Source: Octopus bimaculoides
Lineage: Eukaryota
Direction: 5' to 3'
NCBI RefSeq assembly: GCF_001194135.2
Contig: NC_069004.1
Location: forward strand, 14,033,583 to 14,097,582
Length of the DNA stretch: 64,000 bases
The translations under genes were made by a program, and so were the position numbers. Below, piece after piece: positions 62,495 through 64,000 of the stretch (its first letter is position 1; each line of letters begins with the position of its first letter). The notes under the pieces are model-generated. The model ran no database searches, was not told the origin of the DNA, and saw only the letters and a list, made by a program, of their open reading frames with translations.

Positions 62495-63346
62495 ACCTTT
62501 CTACTATAGGCACAGGGCCTGAATTTTTGTGAGGTGGGGTAAGTTGATTACATCAACCCCAGTGCTTGACTGGTACTTTTTTTTTACTGAACCCAAAAAG
62601 ATGAAAGGCAAAGATGACCTTGGTGGAAAATGAACTAAGCATTTTGTCCATCTTTACATTAATAATTCTTCCAGCTCGCCACCTTAATGATAATAATAAT
62701 AATGATGATGATGATGATGATGATAATAATAATTCTTTCTACTAAAGGCATAAGGCCTGAAATTCTTGGTGGAAGGAACTAGTCAATTACATTGGCCCTA
62801 GTGTTTTACTGGTACTTAAATATAGGACATAAATATGGAGAGGTATGCTTTTGAAGCAGTGTCAACATAATGACAGAAGACATGCAAACACATACAAATA
62901 ATGAGCTTCTACACAGTTTCTGTCAACTAATTTCATTAACAGGTCAACTAGGGGCTATAGTAGAAAATACTTGCCCAATAACTCCTTTCTACTATAAGCA
63001 CAAAATCTGAAATTTAGGGGAAGTGGGTAAGTTGATTACAACCCCAGTGCATTGCTTACAGACAAAATACCTCTAAGCATTTTGCCTGGTGTGCTAACAA
63101 TTCGGCCAGCTCGCCGTCTAAATAATAAAAGTAATCCTTTCTATTATAGGCACAAGGCCTGAAATTTGGGGGAGGGGTATAGTCGATTAATTTGATCCCA
63201 GTACACAACTGGTACTTAATTTATTGATCCCAAAAGGATGAAAGGCAAAGTTGACCTTGGCAGAATTTGAACTCAGAATGTAAAGACAGACAAAATGTTA
63301 CTAAGCATTTTGCCCAGTGTGCTAACTGCTCTGCCAGCTCACCGCC

Positions 63347-63407
<61 letters not shown>

Positions 63408-63535
63408 TAATCCTTTCTACTAAAGGTACAAAGCCTGAAATTTTAAGGGGAGGGGCTAGTCAATTACATCAGCCCCAGTGTTTCACTGATACTAAATTTA
63501 TTGACCCCAAAAGGATGAAAAGCAAAGTCGACCTA
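62495..63535 (-). mobile_element. Cluster of five full or partial SINE A copies
   Basis: Family A sequence with long (AAT)n or (GAT)n spacers. Confidence 0.8.
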
Positions 63536-63771
63536 ATAATAATAGTCACTGTATCCCAGCCAATGTGGATATATGAGAGATGTTTCTCATCTACTGATAT
63601 CTCTGTGCTTATGTGCACAGCACGTCTAAATGAGAGACTTTCTAAGGACTAATTCCACAATATTACAGCACTCTCATAATACATCCATATTAAGTAGGAT
63701 ACAGAGACTACCATTTGGTAATAAAGCTGTCTCCATCACAAATACTTGTGAATTTATTGACTAGATTATGT

Positions 63772-64000
63772 TAATATTCACTTTGGGTAATCCTTTGAGT
63801 CAATCAAAAATAACAGGGACACTGTCAGCATTTGCTTTCATGCCATTTGATGTTTAAAAACTAATATTCACTTTGGGTAATCCATTAACTCAATCAAAAA
63901 TAACAGGGACACTGTCAGCATTTGCTTTCATGCCGTTTGATGTTTAAAAACTAATGTTCACTTTGGGTAATCCTTTAACTCAATCAAAAATAACAGGGAC
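63772..64000. repeat. 90-bp tandem repeat, 2.5 units visible, running off the window end
   Basis: Units start at 63772, 63862 and 63952 and differ by only a few substitutions. Confidence 0.92.

Noticed and set aside
13-63535. Sense-orientation bias of SINE A (about 24 minus versus 12 plus)
   Set aside because: Copies are clustered in shared microsatellite tracts and are not independent, so the sample is too small to claim a bias.

Overview
AT-rich, microsatellite-dense animal genomic DNA. It is most likely from an octopus or another coleoid cephalopod; this is an inference from the SINE and repeat landscape, not a database result. The window lies inside one large minus-strand gene, tomosyn (STXBP5 family). 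Three consecutive coding exons are present: 42570-42436 (135 nt), 21473-21410 (64 nt) and 8323-8240 (84 nt). They have canonical GT-AG sites and compatible phases, and are separated by introns of 20,962 and 13,086 nt. The flanking exons were not found in the window. The rest is intronic: dozens of tRNA-derived SINE copies (at least five families), decayed LINE pieces (CR1-like, RTE, R4/Dong-like, possibly Tx1), DNA-transposon remnants (hAT-Charlie/Buster, mariner, piggyBac and piggyBac-type MITEs), one internally deleted Gypsy LTR element with both LTRs, PBS and PPT, mini- and microsatellites, and six assembly gaps. Almost all ORFs in the supplied track are artefacts of repeats or gaps. The most notable unannotated signal is six dispersed minimal type-I hammerhead-ribozyme-like motifs of the Penelope-associated kind, all degenerate, two of which share a non-canonical A6U core. 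Other notable signals are a SINE tail inserted twice at the same nucleotide of another SINE's A-box region, and two retroposon families sharing (AAT)n targets in opposite polarity. All calls were made by eye and repeat boundaries are approximate.
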